Origin: a phage
Direction: 5' to 3' (one strand)
DNA length: 64,000 bases
Assembly: GCA_033664045.1 (NCBI GenBank)
Contig: GCA_033664045.1_3674.1
The stretch's first letter is position 1. Every line of letters starts with the position of its first letter. The translations under genes and the position numbers were made by a program. Under the pieces are notes generated by a model. It was not told where the DNA came from and did not search any database. It saw only the letters and a program-made list of their open reading frames with translations. Positions 36,439-46,187 of this stretch are shown here, in pieces.

Positions 36439-36559
36439 GAAATCTCCTCTGGAAATGAGAGTGTGAACAGGGTTTCATACGTTCCAGTGCACAGGAATTA
36501 TGCACGTTTGCCTCTTCAGGCCATGCTTTAGCATGAGAAACCTGTGTGGGCTCGGTGCT

Positions 36560-36865
36560 TCATAGTCTACCACCTCTGAACTCCTCGTGCTCAGGCATAA
36601 TAGAGAACCAGATATCTACGATGTCTTCCCACGTTAAGTCATCAGCCTCAGGATCTACCTGGAGCGAAGATGGAGAATCTTCAGAATCGAAGTTTTCCTC
36701 TTTAACTGGCTCATCCAAGGGACATATAGTCACTCCTTTGGATGTCTCTTCAGATGCATGTGTGTTGATCATGTTCCACCAGTGAGTATTCCTGCAACAG
36801 CCGCTATGGACGTAATGATCATCAGGATCACCACTAAAACTTCGGACAATGTTTTCATTGTGCAC
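36560..36865 (-). CDS. hypothetical protein
   Basis: co-directional minus-strand ORF. Confidence 0.45.
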   Translation of the reverse strand: MHNENIVRSFSGDPDDHYVHSGCCRNTHWWNMINTHASEETSKGVTICPLDEPVKEENFDSEDSPSSLQVDPEADDLTWEDIVDIWFSIMPEHEEFRGGRL

Positions 36866-37069
36866 TCCATATTCTCCAGACTATGTGTGGATACTATCAC
36901 GAGAGTAGCAATGTGTCAACAGAAACGCCGCGAGGGTTTGGTTAAAATCCGAGCGTATGGTGATTTGGGTCAAAACGGACGTGCGTTCTCGCTACGCTCG
37001 AAATATGGAGTTGTTTGTAGAAAGCTCTTAAACGCTCTATAATGAGATTATCTGTCCAAGGTATGCAAT

Positions 37070-37108
37070 CGTGCACTAGATAAAGAAAAGGACGCCACAG
37101 AGCGTCCT
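37070..37108 (-). terminator. rho-independent terminator (minus strand)
   Basis: hairpin aggacgc...gcgtcct followed on minus strand by CUUUUCUUUAUC. Confidence 0.5.
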
Positions 37109-37132
37109 AGGTGTCTTAAATTTGATATTTTG

Positions 37133-37444
37133 CTATACCCATGAGGGCTTATCAAGGTTGGAGTAGCTGAAAGGTGTCAAAAGGTGATTGTCAAAATCTC
37201 TCAAACTATCCAGATCTTTTTCCTCGTCCTGACACCATCTGTGCCTACATTTATTGTTGTAGTGCATAGAATGCATAGCGTTCTGCAACTTAACAGGCAC
37301 AAGTGATTCGGGAGTAGATAGTATTGTTGGGTATGCCAGAACCACCTCAAACAGTGGAAACACATCGAAACTAAAGTCTACCTCTGCAGAGGTTGATGGC
37401 ATGTAGGAGTATTTAGCCGCCTTTGTAGACATAATCCACCTCAC
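37133..37444 (-). CDS. hypothetical protein
   Basis: co-directional ORF, ATGA-type junction with upstream gene. Confidence 0.5.
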   Translation of the reverse strand: MRWIMSTKAAKYSYMPSTSAEVDFSFDVFPLFEVVLAYPTILSTPESLVPVKLQNAMHSMHYNNKCRHRWCQDEEKDLDSLRDFDNHLLTPFSYSNLDKPSWV

Positions 37445-37767
37445 ACAGGTTTGATAATACCTTCACCGAATAGCTCTTCGTATCTAATCTTGTCAGGATC
37501 CCACTCCTGGATAATTTCGAAGACAATATCCAACCCTGGGATAATCACTTCTCCAGTGTCAAGTTTAGCAAGAACAAAACCAGAAGGCTGAATGGTTTCC
37601 CAGTTGCGACGATTGGAATAGAAGACCTCGAAAATATCACCGACCTTGATCTGTTGATCAAGATGTTCAAGATTCTCTTTCATGTAGACGCAGCGTATTT
37701 TTCGTGCAGGCCATAGACCACCTGCATCACGTTCATTTAATTCTTTTACAGTGATCGGTATACCCAT
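37441..37767 (-). CDS. hypothetical protein
   Basis: co-directional ORF. Confidence 0.5.
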   Translation of the reverse strand: MGIPITVKELNERDAGGLWPARKIRCVYMKENLEHLDQQIKVGDIFEVFYSNRRNWETIQPSGFVLAKLDTGEVIIPGLDIVFEIIQEWDPDKIRYEELFGEGIIKPV

Positions 37768-37821
37768 CTCAAATCTCCTTCATAGATAGTAAAAGAGGGG
37801 CCCAAGCCCCTCTCTTTGTCA

Positions 37822-38127
37822 TTATTCCACAGAGCGTTTGAACAGAATGTCTGCCTCGGACATGTGCTCAACCTCTTCTTCGATTTTAGCTCGACGTTTT
37901 TCAGCCTCATATCGAATATCGAACTCGGTAGCCACCAGAGATTTGATGAATTTAGGAGAATACAGATGATCCTGCTTCTCAACGAGAATGATATCCTTGA
38001 TGGCATCTTTCAGATCTTTAATCTGAAGTTGGAGTTCCACCAGTTCTTCGATTGTTTTGCGAAGGCGATCACGTTCTGCAGTGTCAGAAGGAAGAGAGGT
38101 GAACAGTTCAACTTTAGATTTAGCCAT
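37822..38127 (-). CDS. hypothetical coiled-coil protein
   Basis: heptad-like charged repeats; minus-strand terminator hairpin agaggggc...gcccctct downstream. Confidence 0.5.
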   Translation of the reverse strand: MAKSKVELFTSLPSDTAERDRLRKTIEELVELQLQIKDLKDAIKDIILVEKQDHLYSPKFIKSLVATEFDIRYEAEKRRAKIEEEVEHMSEADILFKRSVE

Positions 38128-38155
38128 AGTAAGAGTCTCCTTATGTTGTTTTAAA

Positions 38156-38407
38156 TTAACGTTCTACAAAAATACCGTTCAGTTCAATAACCAGGAATTT
38201 CTGATCTTCACTATCGTCTCGTGCCAGCACCTCACATACGTATCGGTCATCCCCATCATCATCGCAGTCAAATACAAGACTGAGAACTTTATCATGGTAA
38301 ACCTTCGCCACTACCGCCTCGTAAGTATTGCCGATTGTGAATCCAAGATAATCTCCGATGCATTTGACAACAACATGGTCTCCAGCATTTAAGTCAATCT
38401 TCGTCAT
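38156..38407 (-). CDS. hypothetical protein
   Basis: ATG at 38407 with AAGGAG RBS preferred over track TTG start at 38473. Confidence 0.45.
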   Translation of the reverse strand: MTKIDLNAGDHVVVKCIGDYLGFTIGNTYEAVVAKVYHDKVLSLVFDCDDDGDDRYVCEVLARDDSEDQKFLVIELNGIFVER

Positions 38408-38534
38408 TACTGCGCTCCTTGGGTAATAATACTGTATGTAAAACTTTAACCAGAGATGTGAATAACGCCCCAAAACACACCGATAGCGCTAAAACAGACA
38501 AGGCCATCATTAAAGCTTCAGTAAAATCAGTCAT
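38394..38534 (-). CDS. hypothetical small membrane protein (46 aa)
   Basis: not in track; RBS AAGAGGTGAGGA before ATG; hydrophobic core; overlaps next start. Confidence 0.4.
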   Translation of the reverse strand: MTDFTEALMMALSVLALSVCFGALFTSLVKVLHTVLLPKERSNDED

Positions 38535-38562
38535 TCCTCACCTCTTGTTAGTCACTATACTA

Positions 38563-38826
38563 TCATTTATCCTCGCCGTCAAGAACTTTTTTAAATCTTT
38601 CAGGTATATCACCCGTTCTTAGATAGTTCATGACCTCACAAGGTTCCCACTTGAATTTCTTACAGAGCAGGGCGGCTGAGATTGTTTCATTGCGAAAAGA
38701 AAGGATATTAATATCCCACTCTGAGAACCCCAACTTCCGAAGGGTAGCTACAGAAATCCTCACCGCAACCCAGCAGCAAAAACATGCAACAAAAGCCACT
38801 GCTACAACCCACATCAGGATGTTCAT
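38563..38826 (-). CDS. hypothetical membrane protein
   Basis: N-terminal TM helix MNILMWVVAVAFVACFCCWVAV. Confidence 0.5.
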   Translation of the reverse strand: MNILMWVVAVAFVACFCCWVAVRISVATLRKLGFSEWDINILSFRNETISAALLCKKFKWEPCEVMNYLRTGDIPERFKKVLDGEDK

Positions 38827-38915
38827 ATAAGCACCTTACTGAAATACAAGACATAGGGTTAAGGTTACTGACCAGCAAATAATTAACAGTGCCGTTGCAA
38901 CCTTGGCAAGATTTA

Positions 38916-39203
38916 TCATAGTGCCTCTAAGATTTCATATCCTTCGGGTCGGAATACAAGCCACTCCGTGGCTCCGTTTGGTCGATACGCTTTATACAGA
39001 ACAACCTGATCTCGGCACATGCACATAGCTACATAGTTTTCATCCACACCTGCAGCCTGCATTGCAGCTTCTTCTCCGGCAACTGCTTTGCTTACAACCT
39101 CTTTGGTAGGCAGGTGTGCGATCAGCTCGTCACCATCATTAATTCCAAAATGGCTGAGTTCTCCATTGGTATCTTTAATCTTAATCTTAACCAGATCTTT
39201 CAT
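38916..39203 (-). CDS. hypothetical protein
   Basis: co-directional ORF. Confidence 0.5.
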   Translation of the reverse strand: MKDLVKIKIKDTNGELSHFGINDGDELIAHLPTKEVVSKAVAGEEAAMQAAGVDENYVAMCMCRDQVVLYKAYRPNGATEWLVFRPEGYEILEAL

Positions 39204-39532
39204 TAGTCTTCCTCCAGGTTCAAAGGTCCTAAGATTTCATATGCCAGATTAGAAGTTACCAGAGGATCTTCTGCATCTTTAGTATTATACCACCCGTGAA
39301 TAACCAGAGTCCCACTCTGTTTCATATCTAACTGGAACTGTTCTGCAGTTTCCTCATCCATCTCTAAGATCTCCATAAGGTATTTGATGTTAGGGAGGTA
39401 TGCAGCTGTTACAGTCCCCTCTACCAGACCTTCAGGCCAACCTACATCTGGATGACAAGTAGGAACCAGGTTGGTCAGCTTAATGGTGTACGCTTTTTCT
39501 GCACGAGCCTTCAGTAACGGGTCAATCTTCAT
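39203..39532 (-). CDS. hypothetical protein
   Basis: abutting start/stop with neighbours. Confidence 0.5.
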   Translation of the reverse strand: MKIDPLLKARAEKAYTIKLTNLVPTCHPDVGWPEGLVEGTVTAAYLPNIKYLMEILEMDEETAEQFQLDMKQSGTLVIHGWYNTKDAEDPLVTSNLAYEILGPLNLEED

Positions 39533-39882
39533 TATTCGTCCTCCTCTTCGGTGCCTGCTTCCAGTAATAAGTTAAGAATATCTTCTGCACAAGGCTCATA
39601 GAACTCTTGGCCTTCATTATCGATGATTTTGTAGTCATCTCCACGAATAATCAGTGGATCACTCTCAAAATTATCGAGACCTTTAACAACGACAACACGA
39701 TCGATTGCCATCATTGTAAGAACTTTATCGACATTTTCCTCTGCTACACCATACTGCAGCAGAATGTCTTTGGTAGGAGGAACAGCATCCACAACAACAC
39801 CGTTACCAAAACCTTCCGGAAGTTTAGCTAAAATATCTTCCGGAACCGCATTCACATCAAAACCGGTAATTTCTACTTTCAT
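39532..39882 (-). CDS. hypothetical small acidic protein (family C)
   Basis: MKVEITG N-terminus, acidic C-terminus EEEDE. Confidence 0.5.
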   Translation of the reverse strand: MKVEITGFDVNAVPEDILAKLPEGFGNGVVVDAVPPTKDILLQYGVAEENVDKVLTMMAIDRVVVVKGLDNFESDPLIIRGDDYKIIDNEGQEFYEPCAEDILNLLLEAGTEEEDE

Positions 39883-40143
39883 TTACAGCACCTCTTCGTC
39901 AACTACTTCATAAAAATGGCTTGGGATTGCAATAGCGTTCTCACCTTCACCTACAAACACAGTTCCGTCAAGAATCAACATCATAAGAATTTCTGGAATA
40001 TCCTCTTCCGGAACGTTGCCAAAACCTTTAATCAGCTTGTAGGTTGGAAGATTTACCTCTAAGATGTCACCATCTTTAGAGCGGAAATCAACACCATCCT
40101 GAATCTCTGCCATTTCAAGGTTTTTCAGTTTAATCTTCATCAA
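39883..40143 (-). CDS. hypothetical small acidic protein (family C)
   Basis: MKIKLK N-terminus; C-terminal FYEVVDEEVL. Confidence 0.5.
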   Translation of the reverse strand: MMKIKLKNLEMAEIQDGVDFRSKDGDILEVNLPTYKLIKGFGNVPEEDIPEILMMLILDGTVFVGEGENAIAIPSHFYEVVDEEVL

Positions 40144-40219
40144 TCAGTCTCCCGTCTTGTTAAGATGAAGGTATTATTTCACACAGGGTTGGCGTTGTCA
40201 ACACCTGTGTGCAAGAAAA

Positions 40220-40615
40220 TTACTGAAACAGTGCGGATAAATTACCTTCTGGTGGGAACTTATCTGCCAAAAACGGTGTTAGCACAGTAGCCTTCTGAAG
40301 ATCTGGGGTCCACTCGTTGTTCAGAACATCCCAGTAGTACGCAATGTTGCTGTGTGGGTGCCGCATTACGAACTTTTTCCCTTCGTAGTCATCTGAAACC
40401 TCTACAGAAGAAATAACAACAGAATCTTCAAGGGTTTCTTCATAGAAAGATCCACCTTCAAATTTCCAACGAGATGCAAGAGCCCCTGCCTTGAACGCTG
40501 CAGATAACGGACTGTCGGCAAGAACATACATTTCTTGCACTCTGTCGCTGCGATCTTTGCTTCTTACGTTGTATACAGTATCTGAGCTATACTCAACACG
40601 GTATAGGCTTACCAT
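40220..40615 (-). CDS. hypothetical protein (family B paralog)
   Basis: FVMRHPHSNIAYYWDVLNNEWTP matches 42425 ORF FVIVHPDSRVKHYWNARTKTWTP. Confidence 0.55.
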   Translation of the reverse strand: MVSLYRVEYSSDTVYNVRSKDRSDRVQEMYVLADSPLSAAFKAGALASRWKFEGGSFYEETLEDSVVISSVEVSDDYEGKKFVMRHPHSNIAYYWDVLNNEWTPDLQKATVLTPFLADKFPPEGNLSALFQ

Positions 40616-40974
40616 TACCGCACCTCCTCAATAACTTCCACATCTGAACCTACCACAAATGCAAAAGGACAGGTTTCATGAAAGATATCCGGATCGCCGC
40701 CAAGCTTGCTAACAATTTCTCCACCACTAATAAACACAAGCTCACCGATATTCATCAGATTGCTGAAATAGTACCCATAATGATTAAAGAATGCAGCAGG
40801 GTCAGGTAGACTAGTGGCCTCAAGCACTACATCGGTTGAGGTTACTTTCTTATCATAACCTCTCGCCTTTTGAGATGCAAGATCTGCAGAATCCTCAGGA
40901 GACCGGAGATGCACAGGAATTGTTTCACCAATAAAGCGTACTTTCATATTATCACCCAACAACCATAGCTTCAA
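40615..40974 (-). CDS. hypothetical small acidic protein (family C)
   Basis: C-terminal VEVIEEVR; internal MKVRFIG may be true start. Confidence 0.45.
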   Translation of the reverse strand: MKLWLLGDNMKVRFIGETIPVHLRSPEDSADLASQKARGYDKKVTSTDVVLEATSLPDPAAFFNHYGYYFSNLMNIGELVFISGGEIVSKLGGDPDIFHETCPFAFVVGSDVEVIEEVR

Positions 40975-41215
40975 AAGGAGTCATGAACGAATAAACGGCA
41001 TCATCATCTGCTTCAGGGAATGCTCCCAAAGACTTCATGTCTGAGCCCTTGACAAATACAAGGTTTTGATCAAAAGCTTCTTGGGGGTCAATCCGATACA
41101 TATTTCGTAGAATATCGCTTACCTCCTCATCAAGAGGTGAGTATGCTGTGCACGTTTTTCCGATCAAGCTTTGAGAATCAGGGTAGCCACCTGAAGTTTT
41201 AAAATAAACAATCAT
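40952..41215 (-). CDS. hypothetical protein
   Basis: co-directional ORF. Confidence 0.45.
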   Translation of the reverse strand: MIVYFKTSGGYPDSQSLIGKTCTAYSPLDEEVSDILRNMYRIDPQEAFDQNLVFVKGSDMKSLGAFPEADDDAVYSFMTPFEAMVVG

Positions 41216-41309
41216 ATAGTATCACCTCTGGTAAGAGATTGGGATTCCTTTCCCATAAATAATTACAAATCTTCCTTAGCGAGGAAGTAGTATGCTAATC
41301 CAAGCAGGA

Positions 41310-41579
41310 TTATTCCTCTACAATCTCATACACATCAGGAGTTACAATCAACTCTTCTCCGTTACCCGGTGCAACAAACACCACCATTCCTTCAGGTGTG
41401 TGCTTTTTAGCCATCTCGATAACATCTTCTCGCAGAGCTGGCTCCATCAGATCAAAACCTTCACCCAGGGCATCACGAACCACCTTCATATAGTCAACTG
41501 GTTGTGCTTCGACAATCATGCCTTCAACCAGTCCACAGTTTTTGTCTGCCAGCTCAGTTTTGAATAATTTAATTTTCAT
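41310..41579 (-). CDS. hypothetical small acidic protein (family C)
   Basis: MKIKLFK N-terminus; C-terminal VYEIVEE. Confidence 0.5.
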   Translation of the reverse strand: MKIKLFKTELADKNCGLVEGMIVEAQPVDYMKVVRDALGEGFDLMEPALREDVIEMAKKHTPEGMVVFVAPGNGEELIVTPDVYEIVEE

Positions 41580-41716
41580 TTAGAGGTCTCCTCAATTATT
41601 TGATATTAATAGCCGTAACCTAACACATTAACTACAACTGCGATTGCAAACATAATTTCAAAGCATGCAATCTCTACATTTGGGACTAATTTCTTAATCA
41701 CGCCCATTGTAGCACC

Positions 41717-42034
41717 TCATTCTCCAAAGTCAATCTTTACTTTGCCTTTCCTCTTACCTTTCTTTCCACCACATTTAGCCAGCTGACGTGCTGCAACATC
41801 TACCATACGGTCAGTTGCCTCGTAAGCATCACCTCCTTTAGCCTTGGCAATAACTTCTTTTCCAGAATTGTCAAAAATGAACGCCATAACTTCCTGGCGA
41901 TCATTTTCAACTTTTACACTCACACGTGCATGATTTACAGAAGGATGTAGACGCTCCAGTTTTGACATTTTTTGGGAAATGAAAGACACCATGCCTTCGG
42001 TGATTTCTACGTTGCCAGTGATCTCAATTTGCAT
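41717..42034 (-). CDS. hpf: ribosome hibernation promoting factor (HPF/RaiA family)
   Basis: collinear with E. coli HPF: MQIEITGNVEIT...KLERL...VSVKVE...GKEVIAKAKGGDAYEATDRMVDVAARQLAK vs MQLNITGNNVEIT...KLEQY...VVLKVE...GGEIHASAEGQDMYAAIDGLIDKLARQLTK. Confidence 0.8.
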   Translation of the reverse strand: MQIEITGNVEITEGMVSFISQKMSKLERLHPSVNHARVSVKVENDRQEVMAFIFDNSGKEVIAKAKGGDAYEATDRMVDVAARQLAKCGGKKGKRKGKVKIDFGE

Positions 42035-42116
42035 AACGTGTTCCTTTTAAAGAAGAGGGAACCAAACCCTCTTTGAAAACAATGATACTAAATCTGAAGC
42101 GTTGTGTCAACAGTTT

Positions 42117-42407
42117 TTACAGCTTGTTGTCGATAGTATCCAAAATATCTACAGCAAGATCTGCCATTTTTCGAACATACTCTGCAAACTCAACAGGGTC
42201 CTTGATTAAAGAATTCACAGGGTCGTACCCTAGAGCGTTCAAAATGGCTGCAGCATCTACAACCTTCTCATCATTTGCAAAGATCTCTCCGTCAAACTTA
42301 TAGGTCCCTTTTGAGTCAATCTTGGCAGGGCATGGTTGGTCCATGCTTATTACACCATCTTTTTTAAACGATTCGGTGTTATCAGTATCCAAAACTAAAT
42401 CCATCAT
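42117..42407 (-). CDS. hypothetical protein
   Basis: co-directional ORF; minus-strand terminator hairpin near 42043-42065 downstream. Confidence 0.5.
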   Translation of the reverse strand: MMDLVLDTDNTESFKKDGVISMDQPCPAKIDSKGTYKFDGEIFANDEKVVDAAAILNALGYDPVNSLIKDPVEFAEYVRKMADLAVDILDTIDNKL

Positions 42408-42424
42408 GTAAGTACCCCACTGTT

Positions 42425-42823
42425 TCAGCTTATTTTTTCTTCAACAACCCCGTAGCTCGGGGCAGAGTCAAGAGCTTTCTGGTTTAAAAGTGGTGTAGCA
42501 GAATCTGCAAACGGTGTCCAGGTTTTTGTTCTGGCATTCCAGTAATGCTTCACTCTGGAATCAGGATGCACTATAACAAAAACTTTTTCACTTGTCAACA
42601 CATTAATTTCTTCCACACCCCTGCTGATAATTTCTCCGTCATATCCCCCGGTCTGGTATCCTTCGTACCAGGTTCTTGCATAGGCATAGCCAGCCTGCCA
42701 GCATGCAGCCTCCTCCGAGGTGGAGACTACGTAGAAGTCTTTCTCAAATTCTGGGATACGCCCTTGCTTTACGCTCCAAGCTCCGCGAATTTTCATTGTA
42801 ACTTTGAACAGTTTATTTTTCAC
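42425..42823 (-). CDS. hypothetical protein (family B paralog)
   Basis: paralog of 40220 ORF. Confidence 0.55.
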   Translation of the reverse strand: MKNKLFKVTMKIRGAWSVKQGRIPEFEKDFYVVSTSEEAACWQAGYAYARTWYEGYQTGGYDGEIISRGVEEINVLTSEKVFVIVHPDSRVKHYWNARTKTWTPFADSATPLLNQKALDSAPSYGVVEEKIS

Positions 42824-42835
42824 AACGGTTACCCA

Positions 42836-43090
42836 TCACAGCTCTACAATATCTGCATCTGACCCTGCCCCAAAGGCATAATATGACTCTTCCCCGAAAT
42901 AATATTCCGGTGCACCAGCCGCGATCAGGTCTGATCCCAAGATGAACACCACATTGTGGCCTACATAGCTGTGATTTTGCCGCACAGGATCATCCCACGG
43001 CAACCCTTCGAAGTATACAGCAGGTACGATCTTTCCCTTCAGGAATGATTGCCCCAAGTAGACGTTAGAGTCAAGAATTTTAACCTTCAT
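42836..43090 (-). CDS. hypothetical small protein (family A paralog)
   Basis: MKVKILDSNVYLGQ...GSDLIAAGA shared with 43080 and 46712. Confidence 0.55.
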   Translation of the reverse strand: MKVKILDSNVYLGQSFLKGKIVPAVYFEGLPWDDPVRQNHSYVGHNVVFILGSDLIAAGAPEYYFGEESYYAFGAGSDADIVEL

Positions 43091-43304
43091 GATCGTCCTC
43101 CACTACCTCTACATCCTCGCCTAGGGCAAAGTTGTAATTCCACTGACTGTCAAAGCATTCCTGAGATGCGCCAGCGGCAATAAGATCTGACCCTTTTATT
43201 TTTAAAAGGTCAGGGTAATCTTCATTAGGAACAGCGGTAAACACTTTTCCAACCAAAGGCTCTTGACCAATATAGAAGTTTGAATCTAAAACTTTAACTT
43301 TCAT
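43080..43304 (-). CDS. hypothetical small protein (family A paralog)
   Basis: MKVKVLDSNFYIGQ...GSDLIAAGA...VEVVEDD. Confidence 0.55.
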   Translation of the reverse strand: MKVKVLDSNFYIGQEPLVGKVFTAVPNEDYPDLLKIKGSDLIAAGASQECFDSQWNYNFALGEDVEVVEDDHEG

Positions 43305-43588
43305 CAGCGGTCTCCATCGGGCGGCTGTGGAACGTAAACACTGTTACGAATCTCGTCAGCAGTGTAGTAACAAGTTTTCCCCTCTCTGTCTCTGGCAGCA
43401 ATGTATTCAGCTATACCAATAAGTGCCATAGACTTGGTGGCGTATCTTTTAAGCTCGTTAGCTCCCCAGCAAAATCTCTGCCAAAACGGTATGAAACCGA
43501 ATAGGTACACCTTCTGTTTCACTATCCAATAAGTTCCTTTACAGATCACTTTAAACTCTGCAGCACTGTTACTGACACCATTGCTCAT
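43304..43588 (-). CDS. hypothetical protein
   Basis: co-directional ORF. Confidence 0.5.
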   Translation of the reverse strand: MSNGVSNSAAEFKVICKGTYWIVKQKVYLFGFIPFWQRFCWGANELKRYATKSMALIGIAEYIAARDREGKTCYYTADEIRNSVYVPQPPDGDR

Positions 43589-43600
43589 TATCTTCTCCTT

Positions 43601-43885
43601 TTATTTTTCTAGGTTTGGCAGATATTGCACATTGGCAGGAGGAACACCGGATAGCTCCCAAACAACCATAGTGCTATACCCTGGCACACTTCTAACATTT
43701 AAAAGAGTAGGAGCACCAACACATTTAAACTTCCTTTTCCCAAATCCGTTCTCCATCATAACCCAGTATCCGGTATCCTGATCACCTGGAATTTGTGTTC
43801 CATCATCGTCCACCCAGCGGACGGTCCATTTCGATACAGCAACTGATCGGTATTTAAACTTTTTAAACCACTCAAACAGTTTCAT
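43601..43885 (-). CDS. hypothetical protein
   Basis: co-directional ORF. Confidence 0.5.
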   Translation of the reverse strand: MKLFEWFKKFKYRSVAVSKWTVRWVDDDGTQIPGDQDTGYWVMMENGFGKRKFKCVGAPTLLNVRSVPGYSTMVVWELSGVPPANVQYLPNLEK

Positions 43886-43980
43886 AATTCAGCCTCGCAT
43901 AGCCATAATAACTATAAACAGACAAATAATGAATCCGAATGCCACGCCACCCATAAACGTTAATATTGATGCGACCATAA

Positions 43981-44166
43981 TCAATCATCCTCGTTTGGCA
44001 GCTCTTCCATTTTGACATACCGAAAAGTGTTGCCGTAATAGTTGATCCATGACATCAGCTCGCTTTCTTGCTCTTCCTCTGGAATTGACTCTCGGATACT
44101 GACAAGTTTTAAGAAAATCCAATCACAATCCACACCCATCCTACCAGACAGGCAATAGTGCTTCAT
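43981..44166 (-). CDS. hypothetical protein
   Basis: small ORF. Confidence 0.4.
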   Translation of the reverse strand: MKHYCLSGRMGVDCDWIFLKLVSIRESIPEEEQESELMSWINYYGNTFRYVKMEELPNEDD

Positions 44167-44184
44167 AGAACCCTCCCGCCTGGT

Positions 44185-44379
44185 TTAGAATATTGCTTCT
44201 TCCATTACGCCTGAGAGCAATAAAGAGGTAATATGACTAACATTCATCTCAGACTCTACTTCCTCTCCTTTGAAAGGTTCGCGGCAGAATAGGACTGTTT
44301 CAGGACTTTTACTTCGAACAATATAATACAAATCATTCAAAGTGTTGTAGTAATAAGTGTTAAAACGTAAGTTTTTCAT
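44185..44379 (-). CDS. hypothetical protein
   Basis: small ORF; stop overlaps upstream gene. Confidence 0.4.
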   Translation of the reverse strand: MKNLRFNTYYYNTLNDLYYIVRSKSPETVLFCREPFKGEEVESEMNVSHITSLLLSGVMEEAIF

Positions 44380-44663
44380 TTTCTAGTCCCCTTCTTAGAT
44401 TTTTGTGCAGAAACGCTTTCTGCAATACGAGACAGGCGTTCTTCTGAAGCTTTACCTACCCCAGGTTTCTTGAGCGGGTTATCTTTATGACCGCAATCCA
44501 ATTGGATGCTAGATACCTCCCCAACCTTGTAAGTCAATTCTAACAAAAGGTTGTCGTCCTTGTCAAATGTTTTTACGATAAATTTTTTATCGTCCTCCTG
44601 AACTTCGTACCTAGTACCTGCAGTATACAGCATGGTGCCATCAGCATAGGATATCCAGATCAT
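44376..44663 (-). CDS. hypothetical protein
   Basis: overlapping junctions both sides. Confidence 0.5.
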   Translation of the reverse strand: MIWISYADGTMLYTAGTRYEVQEDDKKFIVKTFDKDDNLLLELTYKVGEVSSIQLDCGHKDNPLKKPGVGKASEERLSRIAESVSAQKSKKGTRK

Positions 44664-45025
44664 TGAGCCTCCTTCTGCTGCAACAGCATTAACTCTTTGT
44701 TAGAGATCTTTACTGCTGTTTTTATTGTTCCATCTTTGCGGAACCACGACCAGAACTCTACAGTGTCCCCATTATCAAGCAAAGCATACCCGTGGTAGAA
44801 GTCTTTGTCCTTAGACAGTTTCTCATCTATGTCTGCATCGACACATTCGTGATCCATAGCATTTTGCCTGAATGCATCGGTTATGCCAATGCACGCCTTG
44901 CTCTCAAGACTGGTATATCCAGTATCTTTTAATTCGGTTTCCCAAACCCAGTATCCTACAAAAGCTACGACGGTTACCAGCCCCATAGCAGCTACCCACA
45001 TTAATATCGACTTAATATTTGGCAT
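44660..45025 (-). CDS. hypothetical membrane-anchored protein
   Basis: N-terminal TM helix ILMWVAAMGLVTVVAFVGYWVW. Confidence 0.5.
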   Translation of the reverse strand: MPNIKSILMWVAAMGLVTVVAFVGYWVWETELKDTGYTSLESKACIGITDAFRQNAMDHECVDADIDEKLSKDKDFYHGYALLDNGDTVEFWSWFRKDGTIKTAVKISNKELMLLQQKEAQ

Positions 45026-45085
45026 TCTCTCTACCTCTTTCTTAGTTTAATTAATCATGGCACATCCTTTGTGCCTTGTTGTACA

Positions 45086-45547
45086 CTACTTAAACAACAG
45101 TTCAAGATAGTGCAAAATTAACAGAAGTTGAATTACGCCTAGCACAACGGCGAGTATGTTAATCTTAGAATCAAAAAACTTCTTAACTTTTACCCTAAAA
45201 GGCTCTTTAATGTCCTTTACGATCCTATTTATAGATGATTTCATATCCCTGATTACCATCCTAAACATTAGAGACGGATCCTCCTTCTCTGTAACAGAAT
45301 CGAAAACATACTCTCTTCGGTCATAAGGCCCTCCAGATCTGCGTATTAACCTCTCCACAGAGACCTCGTACGACACACCTGTAACGTAATCATCTATGAC
45401 AAGTAGTGACGGGTCTTTATCATCCAAGGGTATTAAAGTTATCTTTCCAGATTTTGTTAAAATTTCTCCTTTTTCAAGCAAGGTGTACCAATGCTCTCTA
45501 CCAAGATTGTTGAGGCACGTTTTTACATATTTAACAAACATCGTCAC
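45086..45547 (-). CDS. hypothetical protein
   Basis: C-terminal hydrophobic helix. Confidence 0.5.
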   Translation of the reverse strand: MTMFVKYVKTCLNNLGREHWYTLLEKGEILTKSGKITLIPLDDKDPSLLVIDDYVTGVSYEVSVERLIRRSGGPYDRREYVFDSVTEKEDPSLMFRMVIRDMKSSINRIVKDIKEPFRVKVKKFFDSKINILAVVLGVIQLLLILHYLELLFK

Positions 45548-45747
45548 CCCTCATCGCACGTCTGATATAACCATTCTATGAAATCTTGATACCACTCTCC
45601 CTCTGAGCGCTCCGTAGGCCAATAATCTTCCCCCTCTCTTGCATTAAAATCTGAGTATTCAACTTTCCACTCCTTTACCAGCTCGTGGAGAAGGTTTTCG
45701 GCCTGTTCTAAGGATTTATTTTTTGTCATTACTGTCCCCTTTTTCAA
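45544..45747 (-). CDS. hypothetical protein
   Basis: ATGA-type overlap. Confidence 0.45.
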   Translation of the reverse strand: MKKGTVMTKNKSLEQAENLLHELVKEWKVEYSDFNAREGEDYWPTERSEGEWYQDFIEWLYQTCDEG

Positions 45748-45949
45748 GATAATTATACATCAGTGCCGCGCCACCCAAAATGGCTACTAGCAGTAATACT
45801 CCAGAGAGCATTTCAATAAACATGGCTTGAAACATTAGAAGGCCCCCTCTAATTTTACGCACCATTTTAAATACACACTCTTTTCCCATGAAGATGCTGA
45901 ACTAAGGTCTGTATGGAATGCAATCTCCCTAAGAATAGTGTAAACAGTT

Positions 45950-46186
45950 TCAGGCACTGTTACCATCCTTATCTGCCTCCTTCATTTTCCTGACGGTTTT
46001 ACAGTGATCTACCAAGCACATAACAACAATGAAGAGAACGACAGGCCAAAAAGGTGCGGCAGTGATTATAGTTATAAAGTCGTCAAACTTAATTTTTCTA
46101 CAAGATATGATGCAAAGAGTTGCTAAAACAACCATTGTCAGAAAGGTCAATGCGCAATACCAAACCAACACAGTATCTATGGCCAT
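45950..46186 (-). CDS. hypothetical membrane protein
   Basis: two hydrophobic helices. Confidence 0.45.
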   Translation of the reverse strand: MAIDTVLVWYCALTFLTMVVLATLCIISCRKIKFDDFITIITAAPFWPVVLFIVVMCLVDHCKTVRKMKEADKDGNSA

Positions 46187-46187
46187 A

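Noticed and set aside
36758-37042. Plus-strand ORF within the minus-strand gene block
   Set aside because: Opposite orientation to all neighbours, overlaps a minus-strand gene and the minus-strand terminator region; likely spurious.
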